Below are positions 25,495 through 39,682 of a stretch of DNA of 64,000 bases, in pieces. Under the pieces are notes generated by a model. The model did no database searches. It was not told where the DNA came from and saw only the letters and a list, made by a program, of their open reading frames with translations. Numbering within the stretch: position 1 is the stretch's first letter; the number at the start of each line of letters is the position of its first letter. Location: contig NC_042999.1 of the NCBI RefSeq assembly GCF_006345805.1, positions 126,542,001-126,606,000 on the forward strand. The letters run 5' to 3'. The DNA is from Octopus sinensis (Eukaryota). The position numbers were made by a program, and so were the translations under genes.

Positions 25495-28425
25495 GTTTCA
25501 ACCTTTCCCAGTAGCTGAGCTGTTGCAAAGAGATGATCTTTGTGAATCTTCTCTGGATTGCTTCAAGGTCCGCTGTTAATTTCACACTAGTGGGTGACCA
25601 TAGCTGTGAGCAGTAATTCAGGTGACTGAGGACAAATGTCCACCAGAAGACCATCATGGTTTCCTTATCTCTGGTTCTGAATGTTATTAGGATCCAGCCA
25701 GCCAGCCATCTGCACTTTGTCGCCATCCTGGTAATGTGCACTTGGAAAGAGGTATCATCACTCATGTCGATACCCTGGTCCCTCACTGACTTAGGCTCTG
25801 GGATTGAAATTACCTGTGGACTAGTGTACCCTGTAAGTTTCATATTCAGTTTTGAATGCTGGTAGCGCAGGGCTTGGAATTTTTCAGCATTAAGCTGCAT
25901 ATTATTACCCTCAGCCCATCTGTAAATTGAGTCCAACTCCTGGTGTAGGTGTGCAACATCGCTGGAGTTCTGTATTTTCTGCAAGACTTTCGTATCATCT
26001 GCATAGCTTGCAAGGGTGGCTATCCGGGCATTTGAGGGCATATCTGAGAGGGCCACTATAAAAAGCAGTGGTCCCAAGACAGTGCCCTGTGGAAGACTGC
26101 TCACTATTTGTGTGTTCATAGAGATGGCTCCATTAGCCACTACTGCCTGACTCCTATCTTTCAGGAAGTCATGTAACCACTCTCCAAGTTTTCCAGCTAT
26201 GCCGAGGTCACGCAGTTTGTGGCATATCATACCATGATCCACCTTGTCAAAAGCTTTTGTAAAATCAAGTTATATTACGTCCACATTTGATTTGTTGAGT
26301 AACTGCCTAAACACCCAGTCATAATGTAAGAGCTGGGCCAGGCAGCTCCTACCTGGGCGAAAACCATGCTGGGTATCACTCAGCAAGTTATTTTCTTCAA
26401 GGAATGCGATTATTTTCCCTCTGACTATCCGGTATTTGACTTTGCTGATGTGTGAAGTCAGAGAGATAGACCTATAGTTTTTGGCATCTGCTCTACTTCC
26501 CCCTTTATGTATTGGGCTTATTATACCCTCCTTCAGCTTGCTTGGCAGTTTGCCATTTGTAAGAAAGCTCTGGAAGAGAATCTGGAGGGGTTTTGCCAGG
26601 GCATGCTTACATGATTTGAGGAGAATTTCTGGGAAACCATCAGGACAGGCAGTTGAGTTTGTGTCCACTTCATCTATGGCTAGTAGTATATCTTCCTCGC
26701 TAATGTCAATGTATTCCATTGTAACTGCTCCACTGGTTATAGGTGAGGTGGCAAAGAAGTCCACTGGTTTGTTCACTTGTCTGTGTTCCAACGGGGTGGT
26801 AAAGACACTTTTGAACTGGTCATTCAGTATCTCACTGATCTTAGTTGAACTGTCTGTGAGGGAGCCATCCTTTTGGAAGAGGGGTCCTATCTTGTAGTGT
26901 ACTAAGGCTGTTTCTTTCGCATAATGAAAGAAGGCCTTTGGGTTTGACTTAATGTTTTTTATAACCCAGGCTTCTTTACTTTCTCCCTCACATAGGATTG
27001 TTGCAGCCTTTTTTTGATCTCCATCAGTGTTGTTTTTAGGCGGGACGTTTTGCTACTTTTGGGATGTTGCTTGAGTTGATTTGCAACCTTCGTCCGTCAT
27101 CTCATGAGGATCTTCCTCTCCCTTGGAATCTTGTTCCTATTTGTTTTGGCCTTGTGCTCTGGGACATATTTCTGGCATATGGCTTGCACAACAGACATGA
27201 AACATTCTAGTTTCATGTCAATGTCTGGTGTGGAGAGACATTTCGGCCAGTCCTCTCTGAGGATCTCTTTTTGGATCGATTTCCAATCTGCTTTGTGGAA
27301 GTTCAGATTGGAGAAATTTCGGGTGCTTCCCTTTGGTTGTATGTCTCTGGTTGCTTTCGGCCCAAACATAGACAGCTCTATTATGTTGTGGTCTGAGACT
27401 AATGTCGGTGTCACTTTCACATCATGAATGATGTCCATATTGTTCATGAAGCAGAGATCCAGAATGTTATTCGCCTTAGTTGGTCTGATTACAGCTTGCT
27501 CCATGAATAGGGCATTGGTGAGGTTGAGCAGGGACTCCACCTGTGCTTGCTTGCAATGAGTCATTCTTGAGAGTATCAGACCTTCGGGCCATTTGACGTT
27601 GGGGAAGTTGAAATCACCCATAAGAAATATGGTCACGTGGTGTTCCAGATTCATGAGGATTTCTTTAATTCTTGTGAGGCAATCTTCAAACTTGCCTATG
27701 TGGTTTGGAGCATCTGGTGAGCAATATGTATTGCATATGACTATATTATGTTGTCTTATGTATACAATTAGAGTGTCACATACCGAATTTGAGTATGACA
27801 GTTAAACCTGGAGTGTGAGATCATCACAGATATATACAGCAACTCAACCATGGCTCCTTTCCCTTCTGTCTGTTCGCAGTATAGCATAGTATGGTACATG
27901 TACTTCTGCATCCTCTATATCAGGGCTGAGGTGAGTTTCCACGAGTGCTATTCATAGGGCTTGATTGCATGCAGTAAGATCTCTCAGGAAAGAAATTTTG
28001 TTTTTATTTTGATGCAACAAGCCCCCAATATTTAGTAACAGTATTGCGGTGACGACTGTACAGGCGTTAAGGAAGGCCATCCTGTGTCTGTTGACTGTGG
28101 TGGTCTTGCATAGTGGTGGGCAAGGTTCCTTTGTTTGTGATTGGTGTAGCCAGGTTAGCTGCTGTACAATCTTTTGCGCCATGCACAAAAAAGACTCTTG
28201 CTCAGCTGCTGCATTGCTCAGAACATCTGAGGAGCACACTTCTTTTCTGAATGTTTTACTGGGAGACATTTGTTGTCTTTCCTCAGTGAAGTTTTTCTCT
28301 TTAAGGCCCCTGTAGTTCTGGCAGGGTATCGGGTGGGCAAACCGGCAGTTTTTGTCGTCCTCCCCATGCCAACATTTGCCTTGCAGGTTCTTGGGTGCTT
28401 TCCAGATTTCTTCTTTCCTGTCGGG
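25495..28425 (-). mobile_element. CR1/L2-like (Jockey group) LINE: ORF1 3' part, APE endonuclease and RT; decayed and truncated at both ends
   Basis: IFLMGDFNFPNVKW, NILDLCF, SDHNIIE (APE); NYRSISLTS, QHGFRPGRSC, KAFDKVDH, PQGTVLGPLLF, YADDTKV (RT); ORF1 piece GKCWHGEDDKNCRFAHPIPC. Confidence 0.92.
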
Positions 28426-28659
28426 TTTTGTACATATATGTGTGTATATATATATGGATATACATGTGTATATATGTATACATATATATTTGTGAGTAGT
28501 AGTAGTAGTAGTAGTAGTAATTATGATGATGGTCTATCAATGTATACAGTGAGTTTCTTTGCCCTAGGTGTTGGGAAGACAGCAAGAAATGGAAACAAAA
28601 TTGAAGGAAGAAGAAAAACTCATAATAATAACTGTTAATTAGGTACAAAGCTTTGAATT

Positions 28660-29040
28660 TGGCATTAAAATAATGGTTAGACCCCCTTATTTGATTGGTA
28701 TATTATTTTATCAACCCAAGAAGGATGGAAAGAAAAGTTAACCTTGGCAGTATTTGAAATCAGATATGTAAAGAATGAGAACTAATACTGCAAGGCATTT
28801 TTTCCAGTGCTCTAATGATTCTACTAATCTAATAAAAATAATGATTTCAAATTTTAGCACAAGGCCAGCAATGTGGGGGGAGGAGATAAGTTGATTACAT
28901 TGACCTCAGTGTTCAACTAGTACTTATTTTACCAACCACAAAAGGATGAAAGGCAAATTGATCTTGCCAGAATTTGAACCCAGGCAAAATGCTGCTAAAC
29001 ATTTTGCCTGGTGTGCTGATGATTCTGCCAGCTTGTTACC
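28660..29040 (-). mobile_element. Two tandem SINE family B copies
   Basis: ggatggaaagaaaagttaaccttggcagtatttgaaatcaga and ggatgaaaggcaaattgatcttgccagaatttgaacc motifs. Confidence 0.7.
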
Positions 29041-32000
29041 TTCAATCCAATTATAATAACAATGATTATGTAAGGAAAAAAAAACTTTATATGAAACCTA
29101 CAACAAAAAAAATTATTACAATGTTAACCTCCTCAATTCTGAAGAATTAGTTTTAAATTACTTTCAGATAATTGCTTAATTTCTAATTAATTGATACTGA
29201 CAATGAGTGTGGTTGTGTAACTCAAAGGTTTCATGATTATTAACGCTAGAGTGATAGTGTCATGGATAAGTTCTTATTGAAAGAAGTCTTATGGAAGACT
29301 AGTTGTTTTATCATTTAATGTTAATGCCTCTTAGCTCTGAATTCAATCCTTTAGGTTTGATGAAATATAAACTAAGAAAATAGTGAGGCTAATCAGTCAA
29401 CTATATCTCACTTATAAAATTGGCCTTCTGTTGTGACAAAAGAGATTATAATTGTTAAAATTTGGGTAAAGATGACACAAATGGTAGAGATCTAGGCTAC
29501 ATATTTAACTATGGTGCTTTGCAATTTAGAATTCAACTTCAGCTAGTACCAGCTTTACCTTTATCCTTCCTGAATTGATTAAACATGCAATGATTGTACT
29601 TAAAATATTTGTACAGATAAGCTATTGGAAGTTCATAACTAAAAGAATAGGTTCAGCCTTAAATTCTTGATGGTAGCTCTAGTCAAACTAAAGGAATCTT
29701 TAACTATGGCCTCGACTGTAGATAGTATTTTGTGGATGGATACAGTGTTTCTGAATAAAGCAGTTTTGTAATTTTATTTATTTTCATTGCTTGACAACCA
29801 TTTATCCATGCTAATATGGATAGGATGACAATTGCAAATTATACATTTGCACATTGTCAAAGCAGGTTCTAATTACGATAAAGTTGTTAGTAGTTAGCCA
29901 AGCAAATAAAGTCATCTGTCATTCTTAGTGTTACAAGCACAGTATTATAAAAAGATTTCAACTTGTGACCATGCGGTCATTAGTCTAGTATTTTAATCCT
30001 GTCTTGAAACTGTGAATTCTTCATAAATACTAATCTAAAAATAGATGTCAAAATATTACCAAATTCAGCTGGGTTACACTTGTTATTAAGATAGCTTCTG
30101 TCTAAAGTGTTATAGTTGAAACTAACATGAAACATTTAGATATTTAGTGTATGGGATAAAAATGATTACCTCTCTGTCTTGTCTTTTTACATTTCAATTC
30201 TATGTTAAGCTATATATGATTCTAATTGGCCTATTTAGATATCATATTGTATTTTTTCTGGTTCTTTCTTTTCTTTTTAAATCAAAGTTTCTTATTTTTC
30301 CCTGAAGCATATACTAAATTAGAAATTCTTCAAAAAATATTAACATGGAAAATATTAATACATCTTTCTGAGTTATACTTGCTTGGCAAGTGATTTGATC
30401 TGGGTTGTGTTAAAACTGTTACACATTTAAAATTATACATAAACACAACATTAACTTCTGCTAGTTCTGTGTCAAAAAGTACGAGCAAAAGCATCAAAAT
30501 ATTTTATCACACACCTACAACATGATCACTGATACAATTCTACTGCTTTAAAATAACTAGGAATGTCAAATCAAATAACAATTTCACAAATTTAATAATT
30601 GATGAATGCTCCTGCAAGAACCAAATGAAATGTCACATATTTTATTTGATACTTGTAATATTAATAATAATAATTATATATATCTGATTCTTCGAGTTAA
30701 TTGGTATGAAAACAATCTATTCTTAAACTAATGTATAAGTATCAACCACTAAGTGGATGGATATCTTATTCAAATCACATTACTCCACAATTATCATAAA
30801 ATAGATACAGATCTCATTTCTCTCTTTTGCCATATAGAACATTAATTCAAACAGATGGCTACCAAAGAACAGAGAATCAAACCAATGTATTATTTATGAC
30901 GTAGCATTTTCTCTAGCATTTTATATGAATCTCTAAGAGAGGTGACCTCTTCTCTTTTAAAATCCTTATTGATTTATTCTATACAAAAGGGGACAAAACA
31001 ATGATAGAGGTCAACTTTAGATTATTGGAAATGTTATGCTGAAAGTTTTGTGAAAAAAAAAATGAAGTGCAACACACACATACAGTGAATGTAATCTGTG
31101 AAGAATATCTTTTATAAACAAAGTGCAGTTTGTTTGTGTGCTGTGAGTTGAAAGTAATGTTTGGAACAGGCTCTATGGTGCTACTTAGGCATATATCAGC
31201 AGAACATGACATAACTATTGTTTTTTTGTTTGTTTTTTTGTAGGGTAGGGTGGGTCTCTTCACTCATTATTTAAAGTACTGGTTTAAGACTAGTTTACAT
31301 GGATATTTTCTGGTTTTGATAGCATTAACTTTTAACAATTCTAGTTCATCCTTTGCACATTTGAAATATACAAGGTCAAAAAAAACTTACTAATATCATT
31401 TAGAAACTTTGCAAGTTGCAGTCCAAACGTTGCATATATTTATAAGTTCAAAATACTGTTATTGTGAGTGTAATGACAAGTTTTGCTTATATTTATGATA
31501 TAGTTATTGATTTTGTTTTGTACATATAAATGGTGTATAAATATGGCAATGATTCTCTATGAATATTGTGATAGCATTAAGTTCAACAGAAAATAGACAG
31601 GTCAGGTGACTAATTAAATGCATAGCATTTATTCAAAATATTCTGAGAAATATGTAATCTGAACAACGCTCATTATCAACTGTAATAAAAATATTTTCAC
31701 TATCAAATGTTGTTTACAAGAGAAGACATTAGTTGTTGATATTGTTTAACTCCTGGTCACCTCTAACTGAACAGAGCTATGATCGAAAGCATTCCAGTAA
31801 GGACCATCCTGTCCTGATTTCAGATATATTATCTAGGACTTTTTTTTTTTTTTGGTGTGATTTGAGGAATTTTTGGTCACTATTTCTAGCAGACTGAGCT
31901 TGAAAAGACATTTGTGTGGTGGACAATGAGTAAAGAATTACTAAACAGAGTTAATTGAATTATGGAACTAATAGTATAGTGAGTGAAATCTCAATACAGT

Positions 32001-35000
32001 AACGATAAAGTCTGAACAAACCCATTTGTATTGATTTAAGGGAGCTGAGTCAGATTAACTTCTTAAACCTCAATTAAATTTACATCCCTCTCTCTCTCTC
32101 TACTTTTTAATTATTTTTTGCATGAATGATCCATGTTTATACTTAACTAAACTGACTCTGAATATATCTCTGTATGTGCTAAGTCTGCAAGTGATTATTA
32201 AAATGTTATCATGTGAATTCAAATATTTCTTCTAGTTTTATGTTAATGGTTGGAATACAATTCAATATAGCTTTAGTTCCAATCTTATATATTCAGGGAA
32301 ATTCTAATTACTTCAGCCAAATGTTTTGACATATAGTCAATAATAAAGACACTGGTGAGTCAAAATTTATATTGAGATATGAAATTTTAAAAAAAATATC
32401 CAGTTATTTTAATACTTAAAATCTTGCAGGTAAAAAAAAAAAAATAACAGTGATTTCTCACATACCCACCCATTTTTATATTCCCTTAATGTGAATGTGG
32501 TCCTTAGCCAAAGGAAAATTTTGCTATTTTCACTTTACTGATCAAAATGTCGATCGGATTCACTTGAAATTAGGTTCAAACCAGGTTTCTCTACTCACAT
32601 GCCTGTTGCCTTATTCACTGTTTTATTCACAAATATTATATAAAAGCAGTTGAATATAATATTTGTTTTGAGTTACTATATTGCTGTAATAATAAGTTAT
32701 TAGTTAACTATAACAGGTGTCAAAATAATTTCCTTTCCTGCTTCAATCTTCCTTTACTACAACTACATTATGTATTACATTTAAATAACTTCTTTTAATA
32801 CAAAATTTAATTGGTTTCAATTACATTTGTTTCATACATTTTAAGATTTCCACTTTGGAAAACATGATCATTTCATGCATTCAACTTTATTCTGCTGAGC
32901 CAAATCCTTCTTCTCAACATTTGTTTTATATAAGAAAATATAAACATAAACCCATAGTTGATTGAAATTTATAAGTTTTCTTTTAAAGTTTCCTCCTTCC
33001 AAACTTTTGATGAAATGATTGAATCATTACAAAGGAATGAAAAAGAGAGAGTATGTCTGTATGATATGTGCAGTATGTACCTTGCATTTTTTTATTTTCT
33101 AAATTATTCTCTTTTTAGTAAAATGAAAAAAAATTTTTAAATGTTTGTTTTGGTGTTCAGTTTTGTCATGAACCAACACTGATTCAATGTTGTTAAATGG
33201 TGTATCAAATAAAACCTCAGGCCTGATTGTTTACTTCTTCCCCACCCCTACTTTTCTTGATTATATACCGTTTCCTTGTTATCACTATTTTCAGAGCAAT
33301 TCATCATTTCCACTCGAAATCTTTAATTAACATCCAATAGATATTACCAATTTAAACACACTGAAAAAAATACTATACTGTATCGAGTTCAGCTATTTCC
33401 CTTTTTTTTTTTAAATTAATAAATAAAAAATGAATATTCAAACTTTCCACAAATTGCACAATTTTCTTGATACAAACTTCAGTTAGTTTCCAGTGCCATG
33501 CTGCATATTCTAAACCTTTAAATGTCTCAGTGAAAAGTCTCTTCTACACATTGTTATACATACAGAAACTACATTCACCTGTTTTGTTTTATTATAAAGA
33601 CTTCATTAAATACTACTTTTTAGTTCTCAGAGATATGCAGTCGTGCAAATTTCTAATTTGTTGAGATTAATAAATGCCTGTAGAATGCCAGAACACTGTG
33701 GTGCTATTGAAAGTCAGTTTACAACAGCCAACTTAAAATCCAGTGTCATCTGGTGCTACTCTAAGTATATTAAACTGTCTTAATAAAAGGCCTTTTCATC
33801 TACCACACATTAACTGTTAACATTTCTATCTTGCTTGATACATTTCAGTTGTTGATACAACACCAAATAGAGACAGTAATGAAGTACCTTTTTATATTCA
33901 TTTGTTTGTTTTTCTCAACAGCTGAACTTCTAAAATGTTGAACTGATAAGGATGCTACTGTCTTGTCATTTCATTGCAATATGATTTGCTAAACAGAATT
34001 TTAAGATCTGAAGTTTTCTTAAACAAATTATTGGAAAGACTTGTAAAAGAATATCTAAAAAAAATGACAAAAATATTCTTTCTTTAAAAAGAACAAAAAG
34101 CTAGTTCTAATTAAAAAGATTAAAAAATTTTTTTAACTAATTTATTATTTATTGTTATTTTTCATGCTATTTAAAAAAATCATATTTGTTGATATTTAGT
34201 GAGCAAATCTTTAGAGTAAAATACAAAGATTAGAATAAGCTTCAAACATCCTAAATGTTTCAAACTGATACATAAGACTATATCTTTTCCCATCATTTAC
34301 CTCCTTAAACTTGATTTCTTTGGAAGGACAAATAAATACTTTTCCAGTCTGCTGATGAATGGAAAAAGCAATACATACAAACTTCCAATTTTCAAAATCC
34401 TTATCTCTTGAGAAGACCTTTTTAAGAAGTTTTATTTTGAAGTGTTATGTAAAAATTCATCTCACTTTTCAAAGTAATTTATTTCATGTAGTATTTGTTT
34501 TATAATATTCTGTTTTGTATTATATTATTTTGCATAAAATCATTTCAAACATTTACCAATTCATTTTATGGAAATTCTAGTGTCAGTGTTTTCCTAGTGA
34601 ACTTTATGATCCAATTGTGTCAGCTTTATTACAAAATATAACCGTCCATCTTCTAAAGAGAGACTCTAAGATTTTCATCTCAAAATTGGACACTCTTAAG
34701 GAAATAATTTAAAAGTTTATATTCAGTTACTTAAATTATGTTAATTATATTACTTATAATAAAATCTAATAAGAATGTCCTGCAGCTTTAAAGACCTTTG
34801 CTCCAGTGAACCTATCTTTTTAATTCTTATAATTATGGCAACATTTGTGTGTATAATTCTGAGCCCCTTTTTGTACTAATATGATCAAAAGTCTACAGGA
34901 TAAATATTGAGGAATATTTTAAAGAATTTAAGAGTTTTGTTATATTTCATTTCAAAAATACAAAAGATAATAATCAACTTAAAATTTACTTAAATATTTA

Positions 35001-35206
35001 AAAAAATTTTATATCCCTCATAGGGCCCCTCCCCTGAAACTGATAAACTCCTGTAACCAGGGATGTATTGATATCAAAATCCCTTGATAGTCCTCACCTT
35101 CAATAGTTGAGCTGTTGGATTTTCGGTGCAGTTTCATAATTCTCGATTAAAAAGGCAGGGATAATACAATCAATGAAAATGTTAAGCTATATATATATAT
35201 ATATAT

Positions 35207-35372
35207 GGGTGCAAGCATAGCCGTGAGGCAAGTAGCTTGCTTACCAACCACATAGTTCCGAGTTCAGTCCCACTGCATGGCACCTTGGGCCAGTGTCTTC
35301 TACTATAGCCTCGGGCCGACCAAAGCCTTGTGAGTGGATTTGGAAGATGGAAACTGAAAGAAGCCTGTTGTG

Positions 35373-35405
<33 letters not shown>

Positions 35406-35635
35406 GTATATATATATATGTGTGTGTGTGTTTGTGTCTCTGTCCCCCCCTTCATTGCCTGACAACCAATGTTGTTGTGTTTACGTCCCCGTAACTTAGC
35501 AGCTCGACAAAAGAGACTGATAGAATAAGTACTAGGCTCACAAAGAATAAGTCCTGGGGTCAAGTTGTTCGACTAAAGGCGGTGCTCCAGCCTGGCCGAA
35601 GTCAAATGACTGAAACAAATGAAAAAATAAAAGAA
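35207..35635 (+). mobile_element. tRNA-derived SINE family A, full length
   Basis: Head ggtgcaagcatagccgtgagg...gttccgagttcagtccc, internal (TA)/(TG)n, 3' end gtcaaatgactgaaacaaatgaaaaa. Confidence 0.85.
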
Positions 35636-35640
35636 AAAAA

Positions 35641-35669
<29 letters not shown>

Positions 35670-35673
<4 letters not shown>

Positions 35674-37151
35674 GCACCATGCTAATAGCTTAGGAGTGAA
35701 ATTTAGGATTTCTCAGTTTTCTGTGAATTGATTTTGATAAAACTTTTCCCAGCTGGTTTGCACACTATGACAACACTTTTCTTTTTATTTCAGATTCTTC
35801 AGTTTTTGGGTGAACCATGCTAATGGCTTTTGAATGAAAATAGCCCATGTAGATTTTTTTTTTCCAGAAAATGAAAGGTAATGATACATACTAAGCATAC
35901 ATTGAGTATAGATTTAACAGGAAACCATATTATATTTATTGACATAATGAATTATTTAGCCACATGAACACAAAAGAAATGATCCAATTGAGGGACCTCC
36001 AAGACTGTGACAGCTAGGGATTTAAGCAATATTTGCTGCAAGTTATGTGGGAAACGTGGACAAACAAGCAAAGCCATTTTCACACCCTCTGGACTTCCTC
36101 ATGTACCGGAAACCACCAGAAATCACATCCTTGGGACCATGGTTGCCATGGGAGAACCCCTGAAATTGCCTCTTCACAGGAGTTTGAGGCTTCAATGGGC
36201 CCAAAAGTACATGAGTTGTGTTCTGTTTACAGACAAAACTGGAGGCGAGCCTTGATGAACCTGATAGCTGGACAGATAGTTGGATCTATTTTGGAGATGA
36301 ACATCACCAATGTTTACAATGTTAACAACATGCTGGAAGAGTCATGTTGTGAGCTGGTATCATTCGGGACAGACTTCAGACTTGTTGGCCCAGTCAGGAT
36401 GCCTGAAGAGGCTAAAGTGACCACAGCTGTCTACTGCAATCTCCTGAAAGAGGTCTTAGATCCCTGGCTAGATGACATACTGCTGTCACTTCTAAGAAAT
36501 CATCTATTCATGCATGACAACACTCTCTCCCACTCTACCAGGATCACCTAAACATCCCTAGGATCTTATGGCATACAAGGAGAAAGGTTGATGGTGTGGC
36601 TGCTAGCATCTCCAGATCTCAACCCTATTAAAAATCTTTGGCCCATCATTAAACAAGATGTTTATGCCAATGGACGCCAATTTACGTCAAAAGATGTCTT
36701 ATGGGTGACCATCAAAGCTACAGCAGGGGCAGTCCAACTTGCTTGCTACTATTAAGGAATTGGCAGATACCATGACTAATATGGTTTTTGAAGTTATCTG
36801 TTGAAATGGTGCCAATGTGGCTAAATAATTCATTGTCAATAAATGTTATAATATTATTATGGTTTTCTATTAAATATATACTCAATGTATGCTTAACATG
36901 TATTGTTACCCTTCATTTTCTGAAAAAAAGAATGTCTAGATGGGCTATGTTCATTCAAAAGCTATTAGCATAGTTCACCCAAAGACTGAAGAATCTGAAA
37001 TAAAAAAGAAAGCCTGTTACACAGAGTAATGAAAACATAACAATGGTGTTGTCATAGTGTGCCAACCAGCTGGGAAAGGTTTTATCAAAATCGATTCACA
37101 CAAAACTGAGAAATCCAAAATTTCGCTCCTAAAATATTAGCATTCAGAGTG
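35670..37151 (+). mobile_element. Tc1-like transposon with DD37E spacing and long IR/DR-type terminal repeats, inactivated
   Basis: VLFTDK; FMHDNTLSHS...WLLASPDLNPIKNLW (37 aa between the second D and the E position, here mutated to K); ~210-240-bp inverted ends each holding two atgctaat direct repeats; right end followed by TA. Confidence 0.88.
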
Positions 37152-38376
37152 TATATTCCTTTTAGAGTTGTGTGTGTATATAGTTATATCTGTACAATTA
37201 ACACTGATAGTATGTGTATTAGAAACTTTAATTTATGTGTGTTCAAAATGATAAATGAAACCAATTATTTAACCCACCTGAACTTATTTAGCTGTTTGCG
37301 TAATAATTTGTTTTATTATTATTATCAAACAATAATGGTAAGTGATCAAAATAAAAGAAGCTAAACAGTTATGTGAAATAGTTTTAGTACAGAGTTCAGT
37401 TTAAACCTCTAGCATATCTAGCAATTTTTTTTTTTTTTTCCTCAATTTCTATATTCTACTATTACTACTACTATTATTTTCCAGATTTCATAATTTTTCA
37501 CTGGTTTAATGCTGCAGCATTTTATATTTGAAACTCAGAACATCTAAAGTCTTCTGTGTAGCCTACATCAACATACAGAAAAAATGTTTGACTCAGTGGC
37601 CATTCAAAACCACACATTCCATATTTGTTTCAACATATCAAACTTTATTTTATTTTATTTTTTACTTATATCAATAAACCTCTTTGCCCCAAACCCCACC
37701 ACACCCTGCTCAATGCTCTGTATGAAGATAATAAATATTTTTTAAGATAAAGTATGCATTTAATTCTCCTTTGAATCCAATTAATCAAAAAAAAAAAAGA
37801 TTTTTTATCATTTTTTAATAGAATCAAAAATTACAAGTTGTTCTTTGTTTTTATTATGCTTAGACTTGAAGGCAATATTCTTAAAATAAAAATATTTTTT
37901 AACAATATATGTCTTGCATTTCCAATAGAAATACTTTAATGTCTAATGACGCTCATCTCCACTCATTCTTTCTTCCCATATTATGTTGTTATACAATTTC
38001 TCTTGCCAATACATATCTTGCATTTTATCTTTAAGCTTCTTTGTACATAATTTAAAGTATCAACTTAAATTTGCCTCTCTCTGTACATGTGTCTGTGCGT
38101 ACCTGTGTGTATATATTTTGATAACAGTTTGTCTCAGCTCCATATGATTTAAAATTTTGTGGGCATCTAGGATGAACCTATCTCATTAGAAATCTTCTGA
38201 TTTTTTTATGAGATAGGTTTTTCTATGCAACCATGAAACTTAAAAGTCATATGCTGCTGAGTCAAACTGTTATTAAAAACCATAAAATTCGTACAAAATG
38301 TATTGAGTGCCACTTTCTTTCATTTGTTTACTCACTTGTATGTGTGTGTATGTATGTGTGAGTGTGTGTGTATATA

Positions 38377-38434
<58 letters not shown>

Positions 38435-39650
38435 TTCCTTCACTCTGATTACTAAGAGTTCTGCTACTTAGGTAAGTGTAACTTTTTTAAGAAACAGTTT
38501 AAATGGAAAATAAAGCTAAGAACTATAGATATTAAAATCATCAAGCCAGACTAATTCTGTTGCAATTTATAAAGACAATAAAATCACCAAGCTTTGTTCC
38601 TCCACGTTAGAATAATATATAAAGGAGTTTAGTTTATTAATTTGTCTGGGGTTAGAATAAGTGTACTGCTCAGACACATTTTTAAAAGTTAAAACTGGCT
38701 GAAAATACCACTATACTTAATTCTGAAACACTTCATTAATGATCATAGAAAATTTTGGAGTTGTACTTTCAGCTTCACTCATTTCTCTATTGCTAAACAT
38801 CTTTTTAAAAAAATAATTTTCTTTATAAATGCTGGCAAATACTCATTTACTTCAACTTCAGATTTTGCCTCCTTAATTTATGATTTTTATCAATTTTCAC
38901 CATAAAGATCTCTTGTATTTGTTAATTGTAGCAAATTTTTGTTTGTTTATTTTTTGTTGTTATTTTGTTTTTGTTAAATAGAGACCAGCAATTCTCAGTT
39001 GGTTTCAAGCTAAAATAAACGATATGTGGTTAGCAATATTTTTATTCTATTCCTTTCTTGTGTATTTTATTTTATTTTTTAATTTTCTAGAAATACTACC
39101 CAACAATATGAACCCACTAAACATATATCTAAGACACCTTTATAAATAATTATCAAATACTGTAAGTGAGCACATCTATTAGTCTGTTCTCACATAATTT
39201 GACAGACTGAGCAAATTTTGTTAAGCACAATAGTCTAATTTTACCATTTCATTTCATAACTTGTTCAGTATTTGTTATTTCTTTTTCAACATATATAAGC
39301 TCATGAGGGACAATGACTGTGGTTGACATATTAAACTACATCTTACTACTTCAACCATTAAGGAAGTACCCTTCAGTAAGGCATATAATGTTTGGTTCTA
39401 TTAGTTTACTCCCGTCCCTACTTCATGATTGAGTAGGAAAGGTATCTAGTTGTAGAAACAACTGTTTGTTACAAATTCATTTTCCTTCTCATGCAACTAT
39501 GGTAATATATATATATTAAAATTGTAAATTAGGGTGTCTACGAGATACCCTAATTTATAATTTTAATAATTATTACCTTTGAAGGTTATTTTTTCCATGC
39601 TGACCACTTGATAAAATCGTTATTTTATTTTTAAATTAACGATCTTATCC

Positions 39651-39682
<32 letters not shown>

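Noticed and set aside
26481-28315. Plus-strand ORFs (138, 107, 88 aa)
   Set aside because: Antisense shadows of the minus-strand LINE ORFs
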